A DNA stretch of 64,000 bases from Zootoca vivipara (Eukaryota), in contig NC_083282.1 in NCBI RefSeq assembly GCF_963506605.1, positions 5,146,001 to 5,210,000 of the forward strand, read 5' to 3'. The notes under the pieces are model-generated. The model was not told where the DNA came from, did no database searches, and was given only the letters and a program-made list of their open reading frames with translations. Shown piece by piece: positions 35,983-47,804 of this stretch. The position numbers and the translations under genes are program-made. Position 1 is the stretch's first letter. Every line of letters starts with the position of its first letter.

Positions 35983-38556
35983 CAATTCTCAAAGCTACAC
36001 ACTCTTTCCTGCCCTCATACATTTTATACGATGCAGTCATACCTCAGTTTAAGTACGCTTCGGTTTGAGTACTTTCAGTTTAAGTACTCTGCAGACCCGT
36101 CTGGAATGGATTAATCCACTTTCCATTACTTTCAATAGGAAAGTTCGCTTCAGGTTAAGTACACTTCAGGTTAAGTACAGACTTCTGGAACCAATTGTGT
36201 ACTTAAACCGAGGTACCACTGTACTTCCATTTGAATTTAGAGGGGCTCCTGGAGGCATTTCTGTCAATCTCCTGTTCTCTGGCTAGTCAGCTCTCTGCAT
36301 CACTCAGCCTGCCCCCATCCAAAAATATTGCTAAGGAAAATAGATCCTTGTTGCTTTATTAATTTACTGCTCTTAATGAGGGATCTTGATTTCTGTGTTT
36401 CTGGTTTATCTCTCTCTTTATTCCACACACACCAATCTTACAACAAATATTCCTCATATTAATATGGAATTAATGAACAGTAAAATGCATAAGTGGTAAG
36501 CAGTCAGCCTAGAACATAATAGGATCTCTACAAAGTGTTGTGCCTAACCAAGGCTGTTCATAATATGTACATTAAAGTTAATTTTTATTAACATAAAACA
36601 AATTAATCCAGTACCAAAACCCAATTCCACACTGTGCACAAAATGAATTTTTCATATGAATGTGCACAGTGTATGCTGTGAACATTTTCCATAGCTTATC
36701 CTGAATTGCCAAATCTGGATTTTGCATCATTTTGTAAGGAGTGGTGAGTGGGACCCACGACAAAAACCAGCATTCCATACCCACTGAACATGCCCCATCA
36801 TATGCCTGGTTTGGGGAGAGGGGTTCACCTTACCTGGGGAGGTGTTTGCGGGGGGTAATGTTTTATCTATTTCGTCAAACTTTCAGGTTCCCACTGTTCC
36901 TAATGGATCATGATGATGCGCTTCCAATTCTCACAGCACAATGGGGCTTTGCGATTCTTAAAGGCTCCCACTAAATTATATGATAAAATGTGATCTGCTA
37001 CCACTCCCTTCTTATGTGCGCCCATCCAAAAAAGCATGTGTGCCTTACCTTTAGAGCAGTCAAGCTCAATGAAGCCGTCCTCACAGTAACACTCGCCAGT
37101 GTCACAATATCCATTCCCGCTGCAGTCGTTGGGGCACCTCTTCTCACTGCAGTCATCACCAATGAACTCCTTGTAGCAGTGACATACGCCATTCACACAG
37201 ACCCCATTTCCACTGCAATTCTCAGGACACAGGAGCCGGCTGCAATCCTCGCCAGCATAACGTGCATTGCAAATGCATCGGCCGCCAACGCAGCGTCCGT
37301 TACCATTGCAGTTTCCTGGGCAGGTAGGGCGGGAGCAGTCCTGGCCTTCCCAACCTTCGTCACAGTTGCAGGCACAAATCTCTTGGATGAAAACTCCGTG
37401 GCCGCTGCAGGATGAAACTTCTGCCCAACATGAGAGAGAGAACCACAAGAAGCAATAAGGGAGACAAAGAGCCAAAACTAGAAAGACAATGAACATGAAA
37501 AGCATCCTAGCAAGAGCGCAACCATGGAGTTACCAATTGCTATACAGTGGTACCTCTACTTACGAATTTAATGCGTTCCGAACGCACATTTGTAAGTAGA
37601 AAAAAATTGTGAGTCGAATCCCATAGGAATGCATTGGGAGAAAAAAATCGTAAGTCGAAACAACCCTATCTAAAAATTCGGAAGTAGAAAAAATCCTATC
37701 TAAACCGCATCCAAGATGGCGGACGGAGCTCCGTTCGCAAGTAGAAACATTCGTAAGTAGAGTTATTTGTAAGTAGAGGTACCACTGTACAGTACTTGTG
37801 AGGATTTCCCCCTTTATATCAGGGCCTATATTGGGTATAGTACCCTGAAAGAGAAATCCTGCATATTTTGTACACTTTGAGGGAAGTTAGAAGTGCATGG
37901 CAGACGCCATACAATTAAAGCCCACTGTTCCAGTACAAAAACTGTGACCCAGTAAGCTGAATCCTTCCGACACACATATGAGAGGCCACCCAGACAGAGT
38001 TCAATAAGTCTTCTGACTTTACTGCTTACCTGAGGCTGCAAAAACATGGAGTGGGGGGAGATTGTCAACCACCCAAAACGCCACAAAGCATAACTAGTGG
38101 GCTGCATTTGACTTAGCCAGTCACAAGCTGTGGTCATCACACATGGTTCTTACCTTGGGCTTTGCCACAGCACCTCTGAGGGCCACAGATCCCCCTCAGA
38201 TGTCGCACTTCCAATTCTATCTTTTCCAGCCTTTCCAACAAAGCCTTGAGCTGGCCTAGGAGTTCGCAGTCACCTTTGGGAGCCTGCAGCCGAATGTTGT
38301 GCCTGAATATAATATTTTGCTCCTCGCCCTCATGCATTTCACCAGTCGACAGCAGTGTGTGACTGTCATCTTGGAGGGGACGTGGGTCTGGATCCACTTT
38401 GATCTGAGTGGACTTGGGCACGTCAATCTTGTATGAGTGACTGAAGGAGATCTGACTTTTGCCAGAGCAGTTTTCCGGTTGAGTCGGAAGCTGTGCCAGA
38501 GCTCCCTGGAGAGAGCAGTGCAGCAGAACGCCAAGAAGGAAATTCCAAAATATCAT
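6784..38556 (-). CDS. TNN: tenascin-N / tenascin-W, spliced CDS of 14 exons (2832 nt, 943 aa)
   Basis: Exons 38154-38556, 37049-37420, 32912-33175, 31420-31608, 29397-29486, 24857-25120, 23416-23679, 16822-16952, 15764-15896, 12826-12977, 11083-11179, 9762-9929, 8473-8636, 6784-6924 all have GT-AG boundaries and join in frame; architecture of 3.5 EGF, FNIII with YTSADG repeats and FReD with basic tail is diagnostic of TNN. Confidence 0.95.
8473..8636 (-). CDS. TNN: TNN fibrinogen-like domain exon 4
   Basis: [18 protein letters not shown]...[18 protein letters not shown]; 164 nt. Confidence 0.95.
9762..9929 (-). CDS. TNN: TNN fibrinogen-like domain exon 3
   Basis: GLEKLHQLT...YELRVDL...[12 protein letters not shown]; 168 nt. 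Confidence 0.95.
10125..11138 (+). repeat. 78-bp direct repeat (10125-10202 and 11061-11138) duplicating the 3' part of a TNN exon and its donor
   Basis: 77/78 identical; the only mismatch is 10163 vs 11099. Confidence 0.95.
11083..11179 (-). CDS. TNN: TNN fibrinogen-like domain exon 2
   Basis: [32 protein letters not shown]; 97 nt. Confidence 0.95.
11422..12130 (+). mobile_element. Rex1/Babar LINE, 5'-truncated 3' end
   Basis: [11 protein letters not shown]...LPSGRRYRS...[15 protein letters not shown]; AATAAA then (TC)n/(TTTC)n tail; frameshifted. Confidence 0.8.
12826..12977 (-). CDS. TNN: TNN fibrinogen-like domain exon 1
   Basis: YPFPADCSQ...[10 protein letters not shown]...[13 protein letters not shown]; 152 nt. 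Confidence 0.95.
15764..15896 (-). CDS. TNN: TNN last FNIII C-half exon
   Basis: [44 protein letters not shown]; 133 nt. Confidence 0.93.
16822..16952 (-). CDS. TNN: TNN last FNIII N-half exon
   Basis: [25 protein letters not shown]...DGTIK; 131 nt. Confidence 0.93.
17345..17557 (+). mobile_element. solo LTR (Gypsy-like)
   Basis: TGTTA...TAACA termini, 5-bp TSD gtttt, internal AATAAA. Confidence 0.75.
18343..19646 (-). mobile_element. Bov-B (RTE) LINE, 5'-truncated, uninterrupted RT C-terminal ORF
   Basis: ORF 18357-19667 with YADD motif and typical Bov-B sequence; (CAA)n tail; TSD approx. aaaaaacagg. Confidence 0.95.
19664..19828. mobile_element. Tc2/pogo-like MITE
   Basis: TIR ccatatttttccatgtataagac / gtcttatacatggaaaaatacgg with TA flanks. 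Confidence 0.75.
21045..21186 (+). mobile_element. Sauria SINE 3' fragment
   Basis: ctggccacatgacc...ggggtcctttacc tail. Confidence 0.8.
21248..21581 (-). mobile_element. Sauria (Squam1) SINE
   Basis: Family sequence; TSD approx. ccagcaaagtta. Confidence 0.9.
22155..22520 (+). mobile_element. Sauria (Squam1) SINE, full length
   Basis: tRNA-like head with B-box ggttcgaatcc, (ACCTTT)n tail, TSD tatgattctg. Confidence 0.92.
23416..23679 (-). CDS. TNN: TNN FNIII-3-type exon (repeat copy B)
   Basis: [22 protein letters not shown]...[11 protein letters not shown]...[17 protein letters not shown]; 264 nt, phase 1-1. Confidence 0.94.
24255..24784 (+). mobile_element. Bov-B LINE 3' fragment
   Basis: Near-identical to the 3' part of the 18343-19646 copy; (CAA)n tail; TSD acatactgtatg. 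Confidence 0.95.
24857..25120 (-). CDS. TNN: TNN FNIII-3 exon (repeat copy A)
   Basis: [22 protein letters not shown]...[11 protein letters not shown]...[17 protein letters not shown]; 264 nt, phase 1-1. Confidence 0.94.
25453..26437. mobile_element. CR1 LINE with rearranged (+/-/+) structure
   Basis: - strand RT ([10 protein letters not shown]...EKDLGVLVD...RPHLEYCVQ) at 25543-26387, flanked by + strand CR1 pieces. Confidence 0.88.
28123..28181. repeat. (TTA)n microsatellite
   Basis: direct reading. Confidence 0.95.
29397..29486 (-). CDS. TNN: TNN FNIII-2 C-half exon
   Basis: [30 protein letters not shown]; 90 nt. Confidence 0.92.
30023..30423. mobile_element. GC/CpG-rich hAT (Charlie-like) MITE
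   Basis: TIR caggggtcccca...tggggacccctg; 8-bp TSD ctatatac. Confidence 0.9.
30650..30801. other. assembly gap (152 N)
   Basis: run of n. Confidence 1.
30802..31018 (-). mobile_element. tRNA-derived SINE (Squam3-like)
   Basis: - strand head cagtgtggtgtagtggttaagagcagtggacttgtaatctggtgaactgggttc. Confidence 0.7.
31420..31608 (-). CDS. TNN: TNN FNIII-2 N-half exon
   Basis: [34 protein letters not shown]...SRYVIT; 189 nt. Confidence 0.93.
32310..32665 (+). mobile_element. Sauria SINE, full length
   Basis: Head gggacgcaggtggc, ACCTTT tail, TSD taccaaatag. Confidence 0.92.
32912..33175 (-). CDS. TNN: TNN FNIII-1 exon
   Basis: [21 protein letters not shown]...[17 protein letters not shown]; 264 nt, AG/GT boundaries. 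Confidence 0.93.
33258..33393. mobile_element. 136-bp hAT-type MITE (same family)
   Basis: TIRs; TSD ctgtagac. Confidence 0.9.
34075..34343 (+). mobile_element. RTE-clade LINE 3' end with (GAA)n tail
   Basis: C-terminal [17 protein letters not shown] zinc-finger followed by GAA microsatellite. Confidence 0.75.
35938..35979. repeat. (TA)n microsatellite
   Basis: direct reading. Confidence 0.95.
36034..36221. mobile_element. Tc1/mariner (Tigger-like) MITE
   Basis: cagt..tacctc / gaggtaccactg termini, TA at right flank. Confidence 0.75.
37049..37420 (-). CDS. TNN: TNN EGF-repeat exon (3.5 tenascin-type EGF)
   Basis: SCSGHG...[46 protein letters not shown]; phase 1-1, 372 nt. Confidence 0.95.
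37545..37787. mobile_element. Tc1/mariner (Tigger-like) MITE
   Basis: TIR cagtggtacctctacttac; TA TSD. Confidence 0.88.
38154..38556 (-). CDS. TNN: TNN first coding exon: signal peptide, assembly domain, heptad repeats
   Basis: [22 protein letters not shown]...[12 protein letters not shown]...[11 protein letters not shown]...CGPQRCC; donor CAAG|GTAAG; probable acceptor at 38589/38590. Confidence 0.93.
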
Positions 38557-40278
38557 CTTGTTTCTGTTATTACTACGAAATGAGTGAGGCTAATTTGGAA
38601 ACAGCAAAAGTAGTGTTATTATGAAAGCAAGTACTCCAGGAAAGGTATCATCCAGACAGCCCTTTTCTGGGAATTCACAGTCTGACAGCTGATCTACACA
38701 TGGAGTAAAATCATGCAACGTAGCTTTTCCTGGACAGTGTAGCCCTGCAGACAGTTGAACTCTCATTGGTACATCAGATTGAAGGCTATCCTAAAACCCT
38801 TCCTTTGACAAACTAGATTAGTACATGTGTGGAGCAATTTTCAGATTAGAGTTTCCTGCTTACCATCTGATGAGATGCATTCAGCTGCTTCAAATGAACA
38901 AAGTTCCAGAAGGACATTGTGGGCCAGTTACCAAGTGGCGATTAAATGCTACCTTCAAATTTAGAGCTTTGCACAGCTATCCATAATTTGATTCCGCAAT
39001 AGTCTTATGCTAGTAAAGGCTTTTGAACTTATTTCTAGTTAACCAGAGAGCTACAAGGAATTAATTAATTTAAAAATCGAAGGTTCTCAGGAGCCCAAAA
39101 GTACCTCCCAACCAAAGAGGCTGACCAGTGTATTGGGTGTCTTATAGCGCACTCCTGTGAACTCTTTATTTCCTAGTGCCTATGTTAAGAATTACAGCTG
39201 CACTAGTCTGAATTTGCCTCCTTTGGGTCACGAAACACACCCAGAATGTAATCTTAAGCAAAAACATAAGATGTGAGCTACTTTTAGGTTGGTTAATTCT
39301 GTCAAATCTTGGCTTCAGAAAAAATTATTTACACGTCAGACTGCTTAAAATGCCATTTTATTGTTTATATTACTGACTAGCAAAAAATACATTTCTTGAG
39401 CACATTACTCAAGGTCACATATTGTGTTCGTCTACTGAACCTTGTCAAACCCCAGTTAAATTGTGTGACATTTTCAAAAACTTATCCTGATATCTGTCCT
39501 AATTCACTTCTGAAATGGTGGTCTCAATGTTGTCTGAAATGTATTTAAACTTTTATTTTGTCTTTTTGCAATTATGTTGAGTGTTATTTTATTCCCTATA
39601 AAATATGAATAAAACAATTTAAAACACAAACACAAGTAATGTATTGTGTGAGCTGAGGAAGGTGGAATAAAATTTGCAAGTAAACTCTGGTAGAAACGAA
39701 CAAAACCTGTGTGACAATATTGGTTCTACCTCTTATCAAAATCATTCAAACCAGACATTATCTTTTATTTGTGTACACACCATAACTTTAAAACAACCAC
39801 CCCAAAAAGAAGAATGAGAACTGTAGTTTTTAAGGGTGCTGGCAACTGTAGCTGTGTGAGAGGCAAACTACAGTTCCCAGGGTTCTTGGGACAGGGATGT
39901 GCTTTAAATGTGTGCTGTGTGTAAAATTGCAGGCCATTCGAATTCTATATACAATATTGCAAGAATTCTAGCACAGTTTTGGTATGTGACCTGCATCTTT
40001 ATCCTAAAAAGCCATCTTCATTTGGATGTGATCAAGCACATCCTTCAACCGGGCACCTTTTACATTGAGTTAAATTAACTAATTCATTTAATTTAATTGT
40101 TATTTAAAATGTGTGACAGGCTTTAAATTAGCTAATTATTTTAATTACTAATTAAATTTTGTTACATGCTTTACTCTTCCATGGTCTGAAATTAAACGTT
40201 ACTGAGACACAGAAGCGAACTGTGGCTAAATAAAAGAGATGCAATCAGACATTTGAGCAGACAGGTGCCAAATGAAAA

Positions 40279-40745
40279 GTCATAGAGTCATAGAATTTTA
40301 GAGTTGGAAGGGACCCCAAGGGTCATCTAGTCCAACCCCCTGCAATGCAGGAATCACTGCTAAAGCATCCATGACAGGTGGCCATCCAATCTCTGCTTAA
40401 AAACCTCCAAGGAAGGAGAGTCCACCACCTCCCAAGGGAGACTGTTCCACTGTCAAACAGCTCTTACTGTCAGAAAGTTTTTTCATGTGTCTATCTCCTT
40501 TCTTGCAACTTGAAGTCATTGGTTCGAGTCCTACCCTCCAGAGCTGGAGAAAGCTTCTTCCCTCCTCCATGTGGCATCCCTTAGGCTTAAGAAGATGGCT
40601 CTCATACCTCCTCTCAAGTCTCCTCTTTTCCAGGCTAAACATACCCAGCTCCTTCAACCATTCCTTCAACATATCCAGGTTAAACATTCAAGCGCTCCTC
40701 CTAAGGCTTGGCTTCCAGACCCTTGATCATCTTGGTTGCCCTGAC
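40279..40745 (-). mobile_element. CR1 LINE 3' fragment
   Basis: [14 protein letters not shown]; (TTCTATGA)n-type tail. Confidence 0.85.
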
Positions 40746-40859
40746 ATGCATCAGGTGTGTTTTACCTCTGAGAGGGTTGTCATTCACGCACTACAGTGGC
40801 CCTCCAAGGTCTCAGGTAGTTTTATGGGGCCTACCAATGAGAGCTGATCAAGACAGGAC

Positions 40860-41010
40860 AACGGCCTGGACAGATCAGTTGGTTAGGACCAGTTGGTACC
40901 AAGGCTGCAGCTTCAACCCCCGCATGGGAAGGTTGCATGTTCCTGCATTTCAGGGGGTTGGGCTAGATGATCTTCAGGGCCCCTTCCAACTCTACAGTTC
41001 TATGATTCTA
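40860..41010 (+). mobile_element. degenerate SINE with CR1-derived tail
   Basis: tRNA-like head followed by ccttccaactctacagttctatgattcta. Confidence 0.5.
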
Positions 41011-41693
41011 TTAACACTAGACCTACCATGCAAGTCTTCCCAATCACATATAAAATCCAGACTAGGGGATCCACATTTAAGAGTATCCTGGGTGCACAGA
41101 TAAGGGCTTCTAAACCCTTCCCCAACCTGCTTACCTCCGCACCATCCTTCTCCCCACCAGGCAACTGTTAGTATCAAAGCCCAGTAGAGGGGGAAGTGAT
41201 GTCCATTTCCTGTGGTTGTGGCTTCACTACATGAAGGTGCACTTGTAAGAATGAATAACAACAGACCAGCTGCAGGAAATTCTCACTTTGCAGTTAGAGT
41301 TGCTTATAAAAATGAATGTGACATTAACTTGTTCTAACACGTTGCTATCACTGTGGAAGCGTGAACAGAACGTAGTCACATCTAGGAATAGATTTTTTTG
41401 AAGCAGACAAATCCAAAACAAATAAGAACATCATGCTGGCAATATTCTAATGTCCACTTCTTTTCAAAGTTATAAGTCCTCTGACCTTTGAAACATTATT
41501 TGACTTGGAACCCCTATAGCTAAAGGAGTGCCTTTCACCCATATGAACCTGTCATCTGTGGCCCTTCTGCATGCCGCCACCGAGGGAGGTTGAGAGGCTG
41601 GACACTCTTTTCTGTAGGCGTTCCCCACCTGTGAAATTCGCCCCCCAGGGAGGCCCACCTGGAGCCAGCCTTCTCACCCTTACAGCAACGACT

Positions 41694-41914
41694 TAATTCA
41701 ACATTAGGAAGAACTTCCTGACAGTAAGAGCTGTTTGGCAGTGGAATTTGCTACCAAGGAGTGTGGTGGAGTCTCCTTCTTTGGAGGTCTTTAAGCAGAG
41801 GCTTGACAGGCATATGTCAAGAATGCTTTGATGGTGTTTCCTGCTCGGCAGGGGGTTGGACTGGATGGCCCTTGTGGTCTCTTCCAACTCTATGATTCTA
41901 TGATTCTATGATTC
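41694..41914 (+). mobile_element. CR1 3' end
   Basis: aggaagaacttcctgacagt...(ttctatga)n. Confidence 0.88.
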
Positions 41915-43172
41915 ATTTTCCTGGGTGTCTGAGCAGCACCAATGACGGAATGTTTTTACTCTGTTTATGTTTTTAATATGTTTGTGTATCTTTATTACTG
42001 CATTTTATTCTTGTTGACAATCATTCTGGCACTTCTTATTAGGGAAGCAAGTCATTGATTCAATATGAAAATCATAGCCAAGCAGGAGTTCCAGTGTTGA
42101 ACAGTAGGATGAAATATCTCCTTCCCTTCCCCCCCCCCAAAAAAATCTTAACATACTATTCTGCTGAAATGGCCATTCTCCAAATCCTGCGGTTAGTCTG
42201 GCCACCTGTCAAGCAAGGGACATCTCTGCTATTCCATTTTCCAAACTTTTCCCCCCTCTCACCAAAATGCCACAGAAATTAGCTATCTCTGCAAGTGTTC
42301 CAGTCCCTGGCATTCTCAGGCAAATGATCAAGTGAAGATTGCGTCAAAGCTTTCGACTAAAGTAGCATTTAAGTTCCCCCAGACTGTCACCATAAATGTC
42401 AGGAAGGATCATCCAAAATGTTGTTTTGGGCTGTGTTAAAAGACTGCCAGACCAAAAAGAGGCATTTTTAAAAAATGCAACACATTTCTCCAGCTCTCCC
42501 CTGGATGCCATTTTCAGCCATAAAGGTGACTCTGCTTGTAATTAAAGTCTATCCAGGGGCCACAAATTGATTCCAGGTTGGCTGAGTTGGCCAGTCCCTC
42601 AGAGTAAAGCCCCAGGATGCAGCTCTTTTAAACAGCATAATAAGAAGTTTTGGTTATTCCTGGAGGCAGAGCATCCAATAATTTCCTATTTTTAAGAGGC
42701 ACAGGAAGCAGGAGGATGGCCCATTGCATAACGATCTCAATGAATCACTGGCTCTAGCTTGACGATCAGAGGTGAAAGTAAAAGCAAAGGAAAATATTGC
42801 ACTGAATCATAGCAGGAAAGAATTCCCTAACAAGATCTATTAAGGTTCTTCCAGACCCCGCAATAAGTTAGCAGCTTGGCAGTGGTGTATTACTAGCTAA
42901 CACAAATAGTATTACTGTTGATATTACTGTTTGTTGGCCCTCGCGGACTCCAGGCGCCAGCCCAGGGCTTGACCACCCGCTCCTGATTCCAATGTTACAG
43001 AGGAAAAGAACTGTAATGTGCATTAATGCAATGCACTGTGTAAACTATCTTAGAAACCTACATTTGAAAGACAGTATACACAATCATCTACGGTAAATAT
43101 ATAGTCGGAGGCCTTTTAGTTTAGGAAAAGGACGACTAAAGGGAGGGCATGAGGAACTAAGGGAGAACTTAA

Positions 43173-43529
43173 AGGTAAAGGGGCCCCTGACCATCAGGTC
43201 CAGTCGTGTCCGACTCTGGGGTTGCGGCGCTCATCTCGCTCTATAGGCCGAGGGAGCCGGCGTTTGTCTGCAGACAGCTTCCGGCTCATGTGGCCAGCAT
43301 GACAAAGCTGTTTCTGGCGAACCAGAGCAGCGCACGGAAACGCCGTTTACCTTCCCGCCGGAGCGGTCCCTATTTATCTACACACACTGGTATGCTTTCG
43401 AACTGCTAGGTGGGCAGGAGCTGGGACCGAGCAACGGGAGCTCACCCCATTGCAGGGATTCGAACCGCCGACCTTCTGATCAGCAAGCCCTAGTCTCTGT
43501 GGTTTAACCCACAGCACCACCTGAGTCCC
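43173..43529 (-). mobile_element. Sauria SINE
   Basis: Family sequence; flanked by 15-bp repeat taagggagaacttaa. Confidence 0.9.
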
Positions 43530-45334
43530 ACAGTGGGACACAGTTGTTTCACAATAAATAAATGCCATCTTGATCCTTTAAGGGAGAACTTAAGCACATC
43601 CAAATATATTAATTGGCAGTGGGTCTTTGATAACACCAAAGAAATAAGTTCTTGAATCCACTAGCACAGGAAGTGGTGATGGCCTCTCGTTTTGAAGAGA
43701 AATTATACATATTATTAATGAGAGGCTGTTCTGTTAGCTATGATAGCTACATGAAACATCCATGATCAGATGTTGCAGAAAGTTTTATGCAGGAGGTGGA
43801 AGGACAGTGGGAGGAGGCAATTGACATCAAGCCCTACTTGTGGGCTTTCCAGAGGCATATATTTGATGGCCCCTGTCAAAGTACGATAGTGCACTACAAA
43901 TCCACTGGTTTTGATCCCAATGGAGCTCTTCTCCTATTTATTGATTACTCTGTAAACCATTCCCATCCCCTCTGTTTCTGATGTTCAGGCTGCAAATGCC
44001 AATTGCTTCTAGGGCCAAAATGACATCACCCACCCACAAGGGAGATAGCAGGACTGAAGGAAGGTCACGCTAGGTTGCAAGCAGTGTCTGGGTGGGAATC
44101 ACGCACACACACAAAAATCCGGACTTATGGCAATCTATGTCAGCAGTGTCGATTTTGGCAAAATTCTTTGAAAGTACCTCAAAAACGTCTTCTTTTTGCA
44201 AACTTGCAAACTTTGGGCAAGACTTAAAAATGCTCAACAACTTTTCTGCCTGGATTTTGAAATATGACAACCCTAGTTAAGCATGGTCAGCAGCCTCCCC
44301 AAGCTACTGTACTTGACTGCTGGGAGAGAGTGGGGGTGGGAAACCGGGTGTGTGTAGAATAGAGTGTCCTGCAGGAGGGCATGACTGGCTGAATGAAGCT
44401 GAAGAGGAACACTCCATACAACATTTTGTTACAGGTGCCACTTGTCTCCTAGTCAGAAAACATGTATGTTTTCTCTTCCTGTTTTGGGATCTTGAAGGGA
44501 ACAAGAAAACAAGCAGATTAGAAGACAGAGGGGGAAAGAAACCCCTGTTGACTAATCTGCCAGAAGTGTCTCCCTGATTATTTTTTATGGAATCACCACT
44601 GACCACTAGGAATCCTGCATCCCAAGACAGGCTCTCTGCCTGACTGCTTGCTTCCATGCACTAAAGGGGCTTTTTGATATCTATTTCTCAACCAGCGGCC
44701 CCCTGCAACACAAGGCAGCCCATTTTCTTAAGATAAGAAGAGTTTTAAAAGCAGTTTGCAATAATGGCTATGTATGTTGTTTAAGAAAAACCATTTAATG
44801 CCTCTACCATCTGAATCCCCCCCCCAAAAAAAACACCGCTCAGTGGCTGCACACAAGCCTTTCAAAAAAAGGGGGGTCCCCAAACATTTCTTTTATTGAC
44901 TGCAAGGGATGACAAGCCTTTGTTTCTCTCTGCCTTGGTCCTCATCTGTTCTTTTCCAGCACTGTTTCCTGTGGAAAGTTTATCCAACCAAGTACCCATG
45001 TGGCTGAAGGTGTATGTGCTTAAATCTGACACTGATCTTTCAGAACACAAGCATAAACCTTGCTTTGAATGTGTTAAACTCCCTTTTCATCAACTCAGTA
45101 GTACTCTCATTGTGTGCAATTTTGCATTTTTGCCCATGTGAGCTCTTCAATATATTATTTATCAGAGGTTATTTCAAAATGTGCATCTTAAAGTAAACAT
45201 CCATCATTTAGTGAATATTGTCAGCCACATGTGGGCACTGATGAGCACCAGATCAATTTCATGAATGTCCATTATATCTAATCTTCTCATTTCTGGGGCT
45301 GACACTCTTCAATGACCATCAAGATGCTCTAGTT

Positions 45335-45470
45335 CAGGCATGTCAAACCTGCGGCCCTCCAGATGTTTTGGACTACAATTCCCATCTTCCCCAACCACTG
45401 GTCCTGCTAGCTAGGGATCATGGGAGTTGTAGGCCAAAACATCTGGAGGGCCGCAGGTTTGACATGCCTG
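45335..45470. mobile_element. 136-bp hAT-type MITE (variant TIR caggcatgtcaaac)
   Basis: TIRs; TSD ctctagtt. Confidence 0.9.
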
Positions 45471-45719
45471 CTCTAGTTTATCTCCAAAGTTTTAAACATT
45501 TACAGCATTTAAGGTAGAACTGTGAATACCAAATTCAACAAAATTAAGAGTTCATTGTAGCATACTGTCGTGAGATTGGAGTTCTGGACAGGAAGGGGCT
45601 AAGGGGTCCAGAATGAATGCAAATGTTCTTTGTCAGTCCATGGCAAAGTAGCCAGACACATCTTTTGCTAGGGAAACTATAGGTGATGTGTTTCCTTGGG
45701 AACCAAATTTTAAGTTTTC

Positions 45720-46213
45720 TGTGTCCAGTTCTGGGCACTACAATTTAAGAAAGATATTAACAAACTGGAATGTGTACAGAGGAGGATGACAAAGATGCTC
45801 AAGAGTCTGGAAACCAAGCCTTGTGAGGAACAGTTGAGGGAGCTGGATATGCTTAGCCTGGTAAAGAGGAGGGGAGATATGGTAGCCATCTTCAAACATC
45901 TTAAGGGCTGTCACATGGAAGTTGGAGCAAGCTTGTTTCTCCTGCTGCAGAGGGTAGGCCCTGAACCAATGGCTTCAAGCTACAAGAAAGAAGATTCTGA
46001 CTAAATCTCAGGTAGAACTTTCTGCTGGCAAGAGTTGTTTGACAGTGGAACAGACTCTCTTGGAAAGTGGTTGACTCTCCTTCCTTGGAGGTTTTTAAGC
46101 AGAGGTTGAGTGACCATCTGTCATGGATGCTTTAGCTGAGATTCCTGCATTGCAGGGCATTGAACCAGACTGACACTCAGGGTCCCTTCCAACTTTGCAA
46201 TTCTATGATTCTA
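45720..46213 (+). mobile_element. CR1 LINE 3' fragment (older)
   Basis: Degenerate CVQFW..KDINKLECVQRR; CR1 tail. Confidence 0.85.
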
Positions 46214-46459
46214 AGAATGCAGAAAAACAGCTCCCCATGGGCTAAGATGGATGTAATCTAGGTGTCTAAACACAAGATAAAGCATGTGCAGAGAATGAGA
46301 GAGATGGAGAAAGAAATTAGTTTGAGTTCTAAATCATTATAGAGTACTAGCTGTCTCTCTGGAGATGATACCTCAATCGCTTTATTTCAGCTTTAAGCAC
46401 AGAACAAGAACAAGGGCATTCACAATTTAGTTAATAACAATAAAATAAGTTAAAAGATA

Positions 46460-47130
46460 TACAGAATTAGATAAAATTCTAATAAAAGAATTTCAAATTA
46501 CATATAACAATCCATTACATCTCTTATATGACAGCACGGAAGTTAAAATTTTTGCCATTTGTAAAGTTACAAACGGATTTGTGTCTTGCAGTAAAAAAGC
46601 AAGATGCGAATCTGCCAAGTACCCAGGAAATTTTTGAATTAATGGGAGCAGTGAGTTCTTCCAGACAGCACAATATAAAGGACATGTAAACACTATGTGC
46701 TGTAAGATTTCAATCGAACAATTATCGCAGGAACATAAAACCGAGATTTGGCCCTTAGAAAATCTATGAAAGAGGACGTTTGAGGGGGAAACATTGAAAC
46801 ACGCTTTAATAAAAGCAAAACGATGAATGGCAACAGGAAGAGATGATAAATAAGCTGGCATGAAATAAGCTGAGATGAAGGAGTAACGCCCAAATGTCGC
46901 GGAGAACATTTCCCCAAAGCGGCCCAAAGTGGCGCAGCATAACCAAGCGTGGCAACTACTCTCGATTTGTACACCTTCAACCCCGAGGGCACCATCCGTG
47001 AAATAGAATTGGGCATGAGACAGCGCTTCTGCCTTGTTAAGGAGATACTGAATCTGTGCTATCCACCCTCTGGAGATGATGTAGGAGCAGTGGCCTTTGG
47101 TTGATGGAGTATTTAGCTGCACTCCCTATG
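46460..47130 (-). mobile_element. degenerate non-LTR retrotransposon 3' end (RTE-X-like, CCHC)
   Basis: CSC...E.LQHIVFTCPLY motif in ORF 46493-47122. Confidence 0.5.
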
Positions 47131-47537
47131 CTCAACAGGTGTATTTATGAACAAGCTCAAATGCTACAAAACACCGTAAGTGACATGGACCTCCTTCTAA
47201 AGGAAACCAACACTGGGTGAGTTCTGTCTCCCTGGAACTTGCCATCAATGTCAAGTGGAGGAAGCATGTAGGTAGACTGATAAATGTAGACACACAATTG
47301 CAAATCACTGCAATTTGAAGAATAATTCCTTTCATTTAGATGATAAATCTATAATTTACTAAAACCATTACAGAGGGAAAGAGGGTTTGACATGAGATAT
47401 TAAAAACAGCTTATTTTAACAGATGCTGTCTCAGAATCTGCTAGCCTACTTTGGAAAACATTGCTATTAAATACGAGAGAGACGGTATTTAAAGGAGCAA
47501 ACTTGCAGTGGGGGGGAGGGTTGAACCAGAAACAAGC

Positions 47538-47615
47538 TGTTGTTGTTGTTGTTTAGTCGTTTAGTCGTGTCCGACTCTTCGTGACCCCGTGGACCATAGC
47601 ACGCCAGGCACTCCT
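47538..47615 (-). mobile_element. very short Bov-B 3' end
   Basis: (CAA)n tail plus about 60 bp of Bov-B end; flanking repeat gaaacaagct. Confidence 0.85.
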
Positions 47616-47804
47616 AGTTCACTAGTGGAAACAAGCTAGTTCACTACAAATCCTAAACCCCACTCTTCAGTGAGTAGCAGTGCCATCCTAAGCATCTCCA
47701 TTCAGAAATAAGTCCTATTAAATTCAGCTGGGCTTACGCCCCATGTAAGTGAGGCTAGGCTTGCAGACTGAGCCTCAATGAAATTAGTGGAACTTCTGAG
47801 GAGA

